Positions 1-11,800 of a DNA stretch of 44,175 nt are shown here, in pieces (the first letter of the stretch is position 1; each line of letters starts with the position of its first letter). The position numbers and the translations under genes were made by a program. Below the pieces are notes generated by a model. It saw only the letters and a program-made list of their open reading frames with translations, did no database searches and was not told where the DNA came from. The stretch comes from Catajapyx aquilonaris (lineage: Eukaryota). The DNA is taken from NCBI GenBank assembly GCA_000934665.2, contig JYFJ02003265.1, positions 1 to 44,175 of the forward strand, in the 5' to 3' direction.

Positions 1-21
1 AGTTTTTCAAAATTTGCCTAC

Positions 22-294
22 CTGCAGTTTTGGAACAGCACACGGCTTCAATAGCAGCCTCTTCTGATCTTGTCTGCGTGGAAAAAATGACTGCCTCTCA
101 AAGTGATCTTGACACACTCGATGGCTTGTCAGGGGTGTATACTCTGGCGGCAAATTTAGGGCTGCTCGCCACTGCTGCATTAATTCTGGCTTTTGCAAAG
201 GAAATGTAAAATTAATTGTTTCAGACCGGCCACCACAAATTACGCAAAACCGTGATGTGTTAGCACCGATACGAGAAACGCCTGGCTTGGCCAT
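22..294 (-). CDS. THAP zinc-finger domain exon (partial gene, probably continues left of the window)
   Basis: Translation ...RFCVICGGRSETINFTFPLQKPELMQQWRAALNLPPEYTPLTSHRVCQDHFERQSFFPRRQDQKRLLLKPCAVPKLQ has the C2CH THAP signature (CxxC...FP...W...CxxHF...AVP). A CAG|GTAGGC donor follows at 22/21. The start (ATG 294, or an upstream spliced exon) is uncertain. Confidence 0.8.
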
Positions 295-853
295 CTTGCT
301 GGTCACAGGTCCAGACTGATATGCCAGGCTGGTAACCAAGCTGGCACCATCACACGTGTCTTTCATTCTTTTGTTCAAATCGCGTCGCCTCTACAGCGGA
401 CTCATCATCTGACTGGAATCCTGGAGATAGTCTGGCACTGACATCGTGAATGTCACACTTCGGTGTGGAGAAGGCATCACTTAGCCTGGATGGGGGGAAA
501 TAGCGGGCTACACGAAGCACCCATAATTTGTCCCGTACACGTGTCTATTTCTGCCCTTATCTGATGCGTCACCACCTGCTCTGGGAGCGGTTTTCAAACA
601 ACATGCTTCCAGCTTTCGCCCTGGGGTTACCGTTCGGAGGAGAGAAAAATGGAAATCTGTTTCTGGGACGATTTTTAGAGACCAACTTGTCTCAATAGTG
701 GATTGTCCCTTTAAGGGTGAAGTAAGGGTGGGCCGCCTATAATGCACTTCTGGCATTATTCCACTGTTCACACTGTTTACTCCTTTTGCTGCATGATGGC
801 ATCTCCATGGAAATCTAAAAAGTGAGTGATGGTGAATGAGAAGTTGATTATAG

Positions 854-1206
854 AGATGCGTTTACATGTGAGCAATTTGACAAGCGAAGCGGAACGAGGT
901 AACCAATATTGTTTGAGGTGAAAGTAACAATTGATTTCTGCCTCAAACAATACTTGGGTTACTCAACGATGTTACCACTCGGTGATCAAATCGTTCACAT
1001 GCAAACGCACCTTAAAGCCGCACTTACATGTTCGAGCGATTTGACAAGCGATAGCATCGCTGAGTAACCCAAGTAACCAATATTGTTTGAGGTGAAAGTA
1101 ACAATCGATTTTCGTCTCAAACAATACTGGTTACTCGGGTTACTCAGCTATGTTATCACTTGGCGAAGATTTTGCTCGTCAAATCGCTCACATGTAAACG
1201 CGGCTT
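854..1206. mobile_element. Two tandem copies of a short palindromic MITE (PIF/Harbinger-like)
   Basis: Copy 1 (854-1012) runs AGATGCGTTTACATG...CATGCAAACGCACCT. Copy 2 (1015-1206) runs AAGCCGCACTTACATG...CATGTAAACGCGGCTT. Both share the core GTAACCAATATTGTTTGAGGTGAAAGTAACAAT..TCAAACAATACT and have T-W/G-A-like flanks. The superfamily is inferred. Confidence 0.65.
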
Positions 1207-1671
1207 TGAAGAAGGGTGGGCTATTCCAGAAAAAATCCATAATGGGTATAAGGAAACCGGAAGTACCAAAAAAAAGCTAAGATGGCTTGCAGATGTCAAA
1301 TTTTGCAAGCATTTTTGAATGAAGGGGTTCATTAAACCATGTCACATTAAAGTGCAATTATTATTAATTTTAGAACATTTGACTGAAGCCTAACAGACTA
1401 CGGCACTACGCCATCACATTTTCATTGATTAACTAGTATAAGTTCACCCGGCATTGCCAGGGATTGTATATTTTAGGCTCAAACCCCGAAAACGCTCACT
1501 GAGTGAAAAATCCAACCACACCTGGTCGTTTTGGTTTGGTTTGGTTTATTTGGAAGAAGTCAAAGCAACTATGGCTATCTGGCTGTAAGAAGAAGCAAAG
1601 GTGGGACAGATGGAGAGAGAAACGAAGAGGAAAAAGAAGAGAGGAAAGACTGGCATCTCTCTTAGTCTGTC

Positions 1672-1732
1672 TCCTATCCCAAAGACCTGTCCGGCTTGGG
1701 TGGTCCAAGCCGGACAGGTCTTTGGGATAGGA
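1672..1732. repeat. Perfect 28-bp inverted repeat with 5-nt loop
   Basis: TCCTATCCCAAAGACCTGTCCGGCTTGG (1672-1699), loop GTGGT, exact reverse complement at 1705-1732. Confidence 0.9.
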
Positions 1733-1786
1733 CTCAAGCCTCAGCCACAGCTGTTAATGTTCTGCTCATTCCTGCTTAATAATATA

Positions 1787-2272
1787 CCTATGGATATGGA
1801 GATGATGGGCAACGTATGGGAGCCCTTTGTATTGATGTGGCTGCGGGACTTTTGGCTGACTGCGCCAGGACTGTCCTTTGTTGTGGCCCTGCCGGGCACG
1901 GTCCGTCTCATTGCTTGATAATTTCAGTTAGTTGCGAGTGCAGCAAGCTGAGCACTTATTGTGTGTTGTGTATCTGCCCAACAATACTGGTTGTCTTGTG
2001 CTTCCGCATGCCTACAAATGCTATTGTGGCTTTGCTAAGCACATTCCAGCGATTGGCCAAGCCACAATAACGTTCGTTGGTGGACAATATTGTTGGGCAA
2101 ATACACAACCCACAATAAGTGCTCACAACTAACTAAAATCATGGGGCAATGCGACAGCTGTGCCTGGCAGGGCCACAACACAGGACAGTCCTGGTTCAGT
2201 CAGCCCAAAGCCCCACAGCCACACCAACACAAAGCGCTCCATCAATCTCTCCATCGCCTCCATATCCATAGG
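1787..2272. mobile_element. Fully palindromic MITE with TA target-site duplication
   Basis: TA|CCTATGGATATGGAG...CTCCATATCCATAGG|TA. The arms stay complementary almost to the centre (e.g. GCACTTATTGTG..TTGTGTAT..GCCCAACAATA / TATTGTTGGGC..ATACACAA..CACAATAAGTGC). Confidence 0.8.
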
Positions 2273-2471
2273 TAAAGCAGTAACGACCAGAAGTAGCTGC
2301 ACTTGGCTGTTTTAAAACGTCAAACAGATTTTTTTCGCTCAGTGGTGGTTTTCGACGTTTGAGCCTAACATATACACCCAAACATTTTGTTCATTAACAC
2401 TTGCTTGGGGTGGGCCAAATTTTTTTTTTTTTTCATTGTAGGTCTTGCAATCACCTAATGATCATACTAAC

Positions 2472-2690
2472 CACGGCCACAACCACGCCATCTGAATTTC
2501 GGATAGTTTGCTTTTTTTCAATGTCCTCCTCTCGAAAGTGCATTTCGCACAGACGGTGGCTTGCCTCCAACTGTGTTCCGGGTGGCAGCACATCCTGCCA
2601 CAGGCGACGTCTGTCAGGATCGGTAGGCACCCGAAATAAGGAGCAGCTGGCAGGCTTATTTCTTCTGCACAGTACGCAATAGCCTGGCAT
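2472..2690 (-). CDS. First coding exon of a THAP-domain gene (N-terminal THAP, AVP box not located)
   Basis: MPGYCVLCRRNKPASCSLFRVPTDPDRRRLWQDVLPPGTQLEASHRLCEMHFREEDI... has CxxC, F-x-x-P, W and CxxHF of THAP. It ends at a GTG|GTTAGT donor (2472/2471). The downstream exon could not be identified. Confidence 0.75.
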
Positions 2691-2699
2691 GGTCCTTAC

Positions 2700-3600
2700 T
2701 CTGCTGAGCACGTTGGCATCCGGTTCTGTTTCTAATTAATCAAGCATCACGCTCACAGACGAGTCACTTGTGGACGGACTTTACCAGACTTGAAGGATTC
2801 CGGTCGGTCTTCAACCGGACTCCACCTGGACTTGAGTCGGACTTTTGGCGAACTTTGTCCGGATTCCAGTCTCGGTGTACGAAGGACTTGGAAAGTGACG
2901 AACCCCGTTGCTCACGGACCTCCTCCCACTACGACGAGCGCCATGACATCTTTCCTACTGCGATCGCAATGCCATTTGGCCGCAACGACGGCCGGACGCC
3001 GGAGAGGACACCACCACGTACCGTCCTGTGCTGTTCCAACAAAATAATGCTGTTGTTCGTACTTCGTAGAGGATGGCAACGTGGTGCTCGTCGATCCGTC
3101 GAGATGGCGCTTCCTCCGCCGGCAGCCGACCGCAGCTCCCTCTACCGGCCGTGGCCCTGTTGGAAGGAGGAACCGCTGCAGCACTTGCTCTGCTGCTGCC
3201 GTCTTCTCTCTCTCTCCCTCTCTCTCGACCGCGGCTGGCTCCGTGCAACGTCCGGCCAGCAGCTCTCCCCCGGCTCGCACCCCACCCTTCGCCTATATAC
3301 AGAGAGAGACAGTGACACGAGAGGCAGGACAGAAGAACGTGTCGTAATCTTCCGGAACGCATCCCGCTCTTCTGCCAGGTGCGTGAGCCGAGTGCATGTT
3401 GCGCAGTTACTGCGACGTCGTTCGACAGGCAGGACGTGTGCTGCCCATACGACACTCACCGTCAGTCATGGGGGTGACTCGTCTTAGGGCATGTGCCCGT
3501 CTCAGGGTGTGTGAGACGGGGATTCTCGCAGCGGGAGGGGGGAGGGGCGCTTAATTAGGGGATCCATCATGTCCTTGGCATGCACTGAGTTCCACACACT
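2700..3600. promoter_or_regulatory. GC/CpG-rich divergent promoter and 5'UTR region between the THAP gene (-) and NRBP (+)
   Basis: Sharply raised GC and CpG between two divergently oriented genes, with CT/GA tracts at about 3204-3226 and 3301-3309. A candidate 5'UTR donor ACT|GTGAGT at 3600/3601 pairs with acceptor TTTTCAG at 5793. Confidence 0.55.
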
Positions 3601-4242
3601 GTGAGTAGGTTAGAAGTTGGTGGGATTGGGATGATGCAGATGAGCTGTCACGGCAGCTGCTCGGCATGAACTAGAGGTCAGGCCCTAAGCCTAATTTGTA
3701 AACCAGTGAGAGGCCTGCCAGAAACAAAGATGACAGAGCTAAATTAACAGCTGTTGAGTGATTTGGCTGGTGTGAAGAAAATAAATTCAAATGGTGTTGA
3801 AGGCATGGAGGAATAAGTGGTTGAAGGATGTTACTTTTTGAGAGAATAGGAATACAAGCCAACCACACTTGTATGGGAGGGAAATCATTTTCTGGAACCA
3901 GCACATGGAGCCACCTGGCAGCTAACAGGAACCAGCAGGTACTGACCAGAAGCTGCTCAGATATTATCAAATTGACTATTATTCTTACCAACCAGTGTAA
4001 ATTGGCAGATACTGACCCGTGCAATTTTCCCAATTGCACTGTTCACTAAACCAGCCACAAGTACCATTTCCAGTTTAACTTTACCAACTGAGCCACCCGA
4101 CCTTGACTAAGTTTTTCTTGACTAAGTAGTAGTTTTAGTCATTGTGGTGAGCAGTAAGCATCATGCAAGTGTTGTTATTTGTAAAGCATAATACCTATGC
4201 TGTATGGCCTCGAAACAGGTTCTTAAATCCGCCTACAATGGG

Positions 4243-4590
4243 AAGGCGTGGTGGCCGAGCCGGCTCGGCTTGCTGAGCGGAAGATTCTGGGTTCGATCCC
4301 CGCCTGGGATTTCCATTTCGCCTGTATCAAGAGGGTCTCTTGGAGGTGTCTGGCAATCTAACCTCCTGGGGGACTGTACATGACCTGTTTACCAACATTG
4401 CACTTGCACCCTTGTCCCCTCCCCAAAAATCCCTATCCCTACCCTATGTCCTTGATTCTTTTGGACCAGAGACTGATGATAAAATTGTATACAGAAAACT
4501 GATGGTGGTGTGTGCCACCCCCAACAAGGGCATTGTTCTCTATTGTGGGTTAATAAGTAATAAATAATGATTGTAATAATAATGATAATA
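4243..4590 (+). mobile_element. tRNA-derived SINE (family A)
   Basis: A-box-like TGGCCGAGCCGG and B-box GGTTCGATCCC in the head; (TAA)n-type tail at about 4551-4590. Confidence 0.65.
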
Positions 4591-5431
4591 CCATATTACC
4601 TCTTATATTACGGCACGCAGGTATAAAACGAGGTCGACCAGCATGCCGGTATAACCAGGGGGTGGCCGGCATGCGGCAATAATCGAAGTAGATTTCTGTA
4701 AATTTGATCCTTGCCAAATTTTGTGGAATGCTTCTGGTACCATACTAAAATAATTTTACAATGAAAATGGGCGAGTGTACAGGCTGTGAGAATACAATTA
4801 TGTCAGTTCTGTTGCACGGTGCATTTAAAAAATTTAGAGTGTATGACCAATCCCATCGTCAGCCTGCTTTGACAGGGGAACCCCCTGCTCTAACATACTG
4901 TTTAAATAGATTATTTATTAGAGAAACCTAATTGCATTATTGCCAACCGAAGCAGTTTGGAGGAGGGGATATGGTGTCTGACTGCTAATTGGGAGGTCCT
5001 GGGATCATATCCCGGGGCCGGCAACTCTGACCGTGGTTTTCTGTGGTTTCCCACGGTCCTTCCAGGAAAATTCTGGAGTTGCTTCCGTAATTAATAGGCC
5101 ACAACCGCTTCCTTCCATCCCTATCCTATCCCAAAGAGCACAGTAAAATGAAAAGCAAATAGTTCCAGGCAAAACACACTTCCCCCCCTAAAGAGCCGAT
5201 GGCTGATAACTGGGTATGATTTATGGAATTATTGCATTATTAGAGATTATTGCGAAACACTGCAATTGAAAACAATATATGGTACGGGTACCCTATTTGG
5301 AAAATGTGCCTTTTCGATAGCCCTTACATGAATTTCGATTTTCAGGCAAATGTCAAGTTCAGAAAGGATTATGTAACTTATGTGAAAACCTCGCCTTATA
5401 CCGGCATTCCGCAATATGAGAGGTAATAAGG
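4591..5431. mobile_element. Non-autonomous Tc1/pogo-like TIR element (TA TSD) inserted in the SINE tail
   Basis: TA|CCATATTACCTCTTATATTACGGCACGCAGGTATAAAACGAGGT ... ACCTCGCCTTATACCGGCATTCCGCAATATGAGAGGTAATAAGG|TA. The TAA-rich SINE tail resumes after 5433. Confidence 0.7.
4942..5230 (+). mobile_element. tRNA-derived SINE (family B), degenerate copy
   Basis: Colinear with the reverse complement of 13615-13900; flanked by the direct repeat ATTGCATTATT (4931-4941 / 5231-5241). Confidence 0.8.
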
Positions 5432-5858
5432 TAATGATAATAATCAAGTAAAAAATCCACCTACAATAGAACTTTTGGATTTTTAGACCCCAAAGATGGG
5501 CTTGTTTACCCATAATAGCTTACATGCCACATTTGCTTTTTTCCTTGTAAAACATCAGATATTATGTGTGCTTTGGTCAGTTGTAGTTAATAATTACCAG
5601 GATGATACAGTACTACAGTATACTGATTTCTCAAGGGCATTTCTTAGTATTTTTATCAGTATTCTCTTAAACAGTTGAGGTTCAAAGTTACAATGTGATG
5701 AGGATATTGGCATGAATGTGGATGTTTGTAAAAACTTAATTCTTAATCATTACTTGTGGTGAATCAAAAGGCTAATCTAATTAACCTTTTCAGGCAGATA
5801 ATTCTCAGCGTCAGAGAGCAAAAGTCGTTAATTTTACCAGGAGAAGGACTTTGTGGTC

Positions 5859-8800
5859 ATGATGGCTGGAAGCAAGTCAAGTAATGACCCAGAGCCGAAG
5901 TCTCCTAGGGAGGGTGGAGAGGATTCAGAGGACGAGAGTGAGATTCTTGAAGAGAGTCCATGTGGAAGGTGGCTCAAACGAAGAGAGGAGGTCAGTTTGA
6001 GTGACCATGTGTAACTTTCATTGATATTCAGAATATTTGTAAGTTGTTGCTTTTCCATCCTGCTGATAATATAGAACATTGTGCTGCTCTTTTGTGCAGT
6101 TTCATGGATGAATATTGATGTGATAAATATCACACTGCAATCGGCTTAGCATACTTTTCAAAACAATGAAGCTCTGACATGTGACAAGGTAGAATTTTTA
6201 AAGAAAAGCACACCTATAAATATTCACATGATGTTTTTTAGTGTTGCGAATGTCATGCATTGAGAGATTTCATACCATTAACGTCAAGATCTAGTTTACG
6301 ATGCAGTACAGGGTGTCCATGATAAACCTCCCTAGTTTCAAAGAGTGGTAAAAAATACAAATGCTAATGTATTTAAGATTTTGGTTGTTTAAATGGTCTG
6401 GTGACTCAACAAGTTTCATTCTGAATTTTTGGAATGGCCTGTGATGCAGTGGTGCTCCTGTGGGGGATGCTGTAGGAAGATGCAAACATATCATCTACGT
6501 AGGGAGAAATGCAAGTTGTGTGGTGGTTAGCCGTGCTTAAGTTGATCACAGATGTGATGGACATGCTGGACATTTTGCCTTTCCACAACTCCAAGACAGT
6601 CTATGCAACTAAAGTGGACCGCCCAAATAATGACGTGTCCTCCATCACCCCTGACATGCTGGAGAGAACCTCGGGGGAGGGAGATTTTTAGCTTAAAATG
6701 AGGAAAGACTAGCCCTTACTGGCGTGCGGGACGCGGCAGAGGGAGTGGTGGCTGGGGGCAGCTTGGCTATGTCGCAAAGGCAGATTGATTTTTTGGATTT
6801 TGGAAGTGGTATGATGTACCAACATAACCTAACCTAACCTTACCTTCCTTCCTTGCGGATACGGATCTATCTTAGCGACACAGCCCGCTGCCCCCACCGA
6901 CTACTACCCTCCCGCACGCCAGTAAGAGCAAGTACAGCCTAAAATTATGCTTGCTACTAAAGGAGCACACGTGAAAGGCTACTGATTTTTTTTTACAGAA
7001 ACTTGATGAGTGTCCCTTCTCATTTGTACCATTTCGACACCATATTCCAGTTACTTGCTTAATAGTAGCAAGTTGAAATTAGGGAGGTTCATTGTGGACA
7101 CGATGTATTAGGTGTTTGCTTGAAAACAAATATTGAAAGGATGATAATATTTGAAGGTGACAATTCATAAAGTATAAAATGATCTACATGAAAAAAGTTA
7201 TGGGTTGCTTTTGCATATTATGTGTGGCCATGTTATGAAAGCTAGAATGTTAATTTTTACCCATAGATGGTTTAAAAGCATCAAAGCTGTTGCTCTGACG
7301 AGTGAGTGTGCTAATTATTACTAGCTATGTTTTGGATGCCATGAGAATTCATGTTACATTTCATGACACATGTATAAGTATAACTAAAACTATTCTTTTG
7401 AAGTGCAGTTAAACCTGTTCATCAAGGTCTTTTTATATTGCAGTAACTTAAGCATTGCAGAATTTTGTTTGGTCCCAGGATTTTGTGCATTTTTATTGAG
7501 TATAACAAGAAACTTGTTCAGTAAGTGTTGAATTTTGTGGGATGCAAAGAGCCCTCAGTAGACGGATTTCACCATGATAATTAGCCTAAAAATGGAGATG
7601 AAAAAATTAGTGGCTCATTTCAGGTCTGGAGGTTGCTAGTATGTCTAGATGTTATATGGTATATTACAAGCAGCATTTGTTCCACTGTGAGGCTTTAACA
7701 TTTGTTTCCATTGTTGAGACCAGGTTGAGCAAAGGGACGTACCAGGAATTGACTGTGCATACTTGGCTATGGACACAGAGGAAGGAGTGGAGGTGGTGTG
7801 GAATGAGGTCCAGTTCTCTGAGCGCAAGAACTTCCGAGACCAGGAGGAGAAGATACGCATGGTGTTTGACAACTTAACTCAGTTGGAGCACCCCAACATT
7901 GTCAAGTTTCACCGATACTGGATGGACTCCAGTACCAGCTCAGAGCGCCATCGGGTCATCTTCATTACTGAATACATGTCCTCAGGCTCTTTGAAACAGT
8001 TTCTGAAGCGAACCAAGCGCAATGTGAAGCGGCTGCCTCTTCAGGCCTGGAAGAGATGGTGCACTCAGATCCTGTCTGCCCTCAGCTACTTGCATTCCTG
8101 TTCCCCACCCATCATCCATGGAAATCTTACTTGTGACACTATTTTCATCCAGCACAATGGGCTGATCAAGATTGGTTCAGGTAAGGATTATTGCCGGGTA
8201 GTGTGGCTGGATAGATTCATTCTGTAAGGCTGTAAAGTGAATATTTATTATAGTTATCATCAAGGGTGATGTTCCAGTGATAGTATTGTTATCCTTAGCA
8301 AAAAAAAAACCTGCCACTGCAATGTGTGATGAAATTGCATTTTGTTCATCCAGGTTCCATAGACCCATGCCAACTGAAGGGGTCTAATGGAGCTGGACAA
8401 ACAACTGAACCATTCTACATATATTGCAGTTGCAGCCTTTTTGCTAAGATGGAGAGAGGCCTTGTCTCAACTTGCCATAGGCATAGATGGATCACCTTCG
8501 GAGCTCTTGGTAGCCTCACCTTCTGGTATCTAAACAGGCTATTTTCAAAATGTAACAATTTGAAACTGAAAGTCGCTAATATGATTTTTGCTGGGAGTCA
8601 TTAAGGGGTTGGATTTGATTATGAGATCCAAAGTTAGTAAATTACTCTGAATGGTTTAATAGATGAAGTATTCGGCACCAGTGTTAGTAGCTATGCATGA
8701 ATAGAACAAAGTTTGCCTACAGTATTATACAGTATGTTGAACATGTTCAAGTTGAGGTAAATAAGGATTGTAAATGGAATTGCAGTTTGTAGTGTACATT

Positions 8801-11800
8801 CTTGTAGGCAGAATATTAACTTGTCATATTGTGACTGACAGTAAACTAATGAAACTGAATCCTTTACAGTCGCTCCTGATGCAATTCATCATCATGTGAA
8901 GTCATGCCGTGACAACATGAAAAACATGCATTTTGTTGCTCCAGAATATGGAAGTAAGTATCTTTTAGTAATTTCAGGTGGCTTTGCTTGAGTTGTGTAA
9001 CACTCATTGCCATAAAGAGTTTGCACTACTTTCTAAGTAAAGAATCTGTGTGTGTCAAATTCCAGCAAGGTAAGCCTAACAGCATGTGTTGTGATTTGTT
9101 TTGGACTGTTATTGGCCAAGCATGGGCAAACAATACATAGGCAGATGAGAGGCATGAAGTGGGAGTTTTTCAGTGTTGTGGGTGAAGTGAAAGCAGTAAT
9201 TGCGTCCATTGTTGGTTTTTCCTTGTTGTTTTTTCTCTCTTGCTCCATCCTCATCCATCTCTCAGGAAGTTTGGCAACTCGACAGTCATGTCCTTGGTGC
9301 GCAGAGCCATCTGACAAATCCTCCTGTGCACATCACTCCAGCGAGGAGACTGGCTCGCCAGGAGACACCAAACGTAATTCAATGCAACACATGCACACGT
9401 TGTTGTTATACTATGGAAAAAAAGAAACTAGGTGCTTTCACAGAATAATTGTAGTAGCAGCTCTACTGAATATCCTTCCACTTTTCCGTTCTTTTCCCAT
9501 CCTTTTGCAACAATACAAGTATTTGTGCACTTTCTTTAATATGGTATGGGTTCTTCATGTGATTACTACTTATACAATTGTTCTGTGCCCTGCTCTACAC
9601 TGCACTATCTGGCAGATAACAACGGTCTCTTTTAACAATGTAATGCATGACATTTAACATAGGGCCAATTACCTTGAAGGCATCAAATCTAGATATTTGT
9701 GGTGTGTGTTCACTTCACAGCTGCCGCGATGGAAGAATGAATACTTGCATACATTATAAAAACTCAAAGAATATGTGGATTGTCTGTGTAAGATACTCAC
9801 ATATGTTATACAGTATAATGTTATAATTGAACCATGGAATTGGTAAACAGGTCAAGTTGACTAGAATATGACTTGGCACTTATGCACTTGTTGCTCTGAG
9901 CCTCGCTGTACGCCAAATGGAGTATCACAGGTGCACCAAGCTCGGGTGGTAGGTGCTCCTGGCGAATCCATGACAATACAAGGCATCATGAATCCGATAG
10001 TAGTAACCAGTGACGAATGGAAGCGGTGTCGTTGATCCCCCACCCTCTGGGCACCCCCGTAGACTTGACCTGTTTTCCGATTCTAATGCGGGTTCGAGGC
10101 CACGTTGACCCCTCTGCAGGTCAGAGTGATTGTTGCACCTGGACCAAACTAATATGGTATTTTTCCTGTGGCTAATGTATACCTATCCGCGGTGTCACGA
10201 TATCGATAGCACAAACGAGTCAAATGCGGCTCTGGTTTTTCTTACCCCCATCTGGTTTTTTATTTCCTGTGCGAGTTCAAGGGCAGACCCCTCTGCAGGT
10301 CACAGTGATTGTCACACCTGACTTAAACCAAAATGGCCTTTTTCCTAGCAGTGAATTCGAACGTATCCCCGGTGTCATGAAACCGATAGCACAGACAAGT
10401 CAGATGTGGCACTGGTTTATTTGATCCCCCTCCTGGGTTTTGATGTCGCCTATAGTGCAGTAGATTATACTTGGTGTAGGTATGTGTACAGTGTTGGACA
10501 TTAATCAAGTCATACTGCTAACGACATTTTCCGGTGCGGCAGAAGAATGAATCTTCCTTGCACGGCTTGCACTATCCATATCTTCGATTCATTCTTATGC
10601 TGCATAGGAAAATGTCGCTAGCAGTATAGTATGACTCGATTAATGTCCAACACTGTACACATACCTAATGTGCGGAAAATGAGAGAACAATCTGACGTCA
10701 TCACAGTTTCCATGGAAATATTCTCGCAGAACAATATGAGTAAACAGCGTCAACAAAAAGCAACAATGGAAGAAATCATGACGTCAGATCGTTCTCTCAT
10801 TTTCCTTACATTACACCAAGTATAATCCATAGGCGCCATCAAAACACAGGAGGGGGATCAGATAAACCAGTTCCGCATTTGACTCGTCTGTGCTGTTGGT
10901 TTCATGACACCAGGTATACATTCGAATTCGCCACTAGAAAATTGCCATTTTGGTTTGGTTCAGGTGCGACAATCACTGTGACCTGCAGAGGGGTCAACGC
11001 GGCCTCGAACTCGCACAGGAATCGGAAATAAAAAACCGGACGGGGGTAAGAAAACCAGTGCCGCATTTTACACGTTTGTGCTATAGGTAGGCATTCGCCA
11101 CAGGAAAAATACCACATTAGTTTGGTCCAGGTGCGACAATCACTCTGACCTGCAGAGGTGTCAACGTGGCCTCGAACTCGCATTGGAATCGGAAAACAGG
11201 TCAAGTCTACGGGGGTTCCCAGAGGGTGGGGGGTCAAAGGCACCGCTTCCATTCGTCACTCGTTACTACTATCGGATTCGTGAAGCCTTGCATAGTCATG
11301 GATTCGCCAGCCGCGCCTACCACCCGAGCTTGGTGCACCTGCGATACTCCATTTGGGAGGTACAGCGAGGCTCAGGGCAACAAGTGCATAAGTACCAAGT
11401 CATTTTCTAGTCGACTTAACCTGTTTTCTGATTCCCTTGTGCAATTGTTTTATTGTAAGAATATGGTATGTAAATCAAGACATTTTCAAACATGGTTTGC
11501 GAGGGTAATTATCTAACACCCGTCAGTATTATATTCTTATGAAAATCTCGGAATGGCCAGTTAAAAAGCTTTGTGTCTATAAAGTTTGAGACCATTTTCA
11601 TCTGCTTTATATGTCATTTTTCATTTATGACATGCTGCCCTAAGTGTGAGGAATAACAAGCTCCTTGAGGAATGTATTGAATGCATCTGTAAGTTGAGAG
11701 AAATCATTATAGAGTAGAATGCCACATGACATGGCCATTGGGAGGGCAATCCATGTGCATAAGAATATTTGATGGAAGACCCATTGTCATCATGGTCACT

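Larger units (their letters stand above)
1476..2365. mobile_element. Degenerate TIR element containing nested insertions
   Basis: Left end TTA-GGCTCAAACCCCGAAAACGCTCACTGAGTGAAAAA matches the right end read on the minus strand, TTA-GGCTCAAACGTCGAAAACCACCACTGAGCGAAAAA. Confidence 0.6.

Noticed and set aside
508..815. Open frame behind a TTTTAG acceptor as the missing THAP exon 2
   Set aside because: The phase-0 reading stops after 25 codons, and no frame contains the AVP box needed to complete the upstream THAP.
2768..3487. 239-aa ORF and several overlapping ORFs
   Set aside because: GC-rich promoter/UTR sequence with open frames on both strands, non-ATG starts and no recognisable domain.
6827..6845. 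(CCTAA)n insect telomere-like repeats
   Set aside because: Only about three units, inside a MITE; not an interstitial telomere block.
9052..9657. 201-aa hydrophobic ORF in NRBP intron 3
   Set aside because: Non-ATG start, no domain, no splice partners; composition typical of intronic T-rich sequence.
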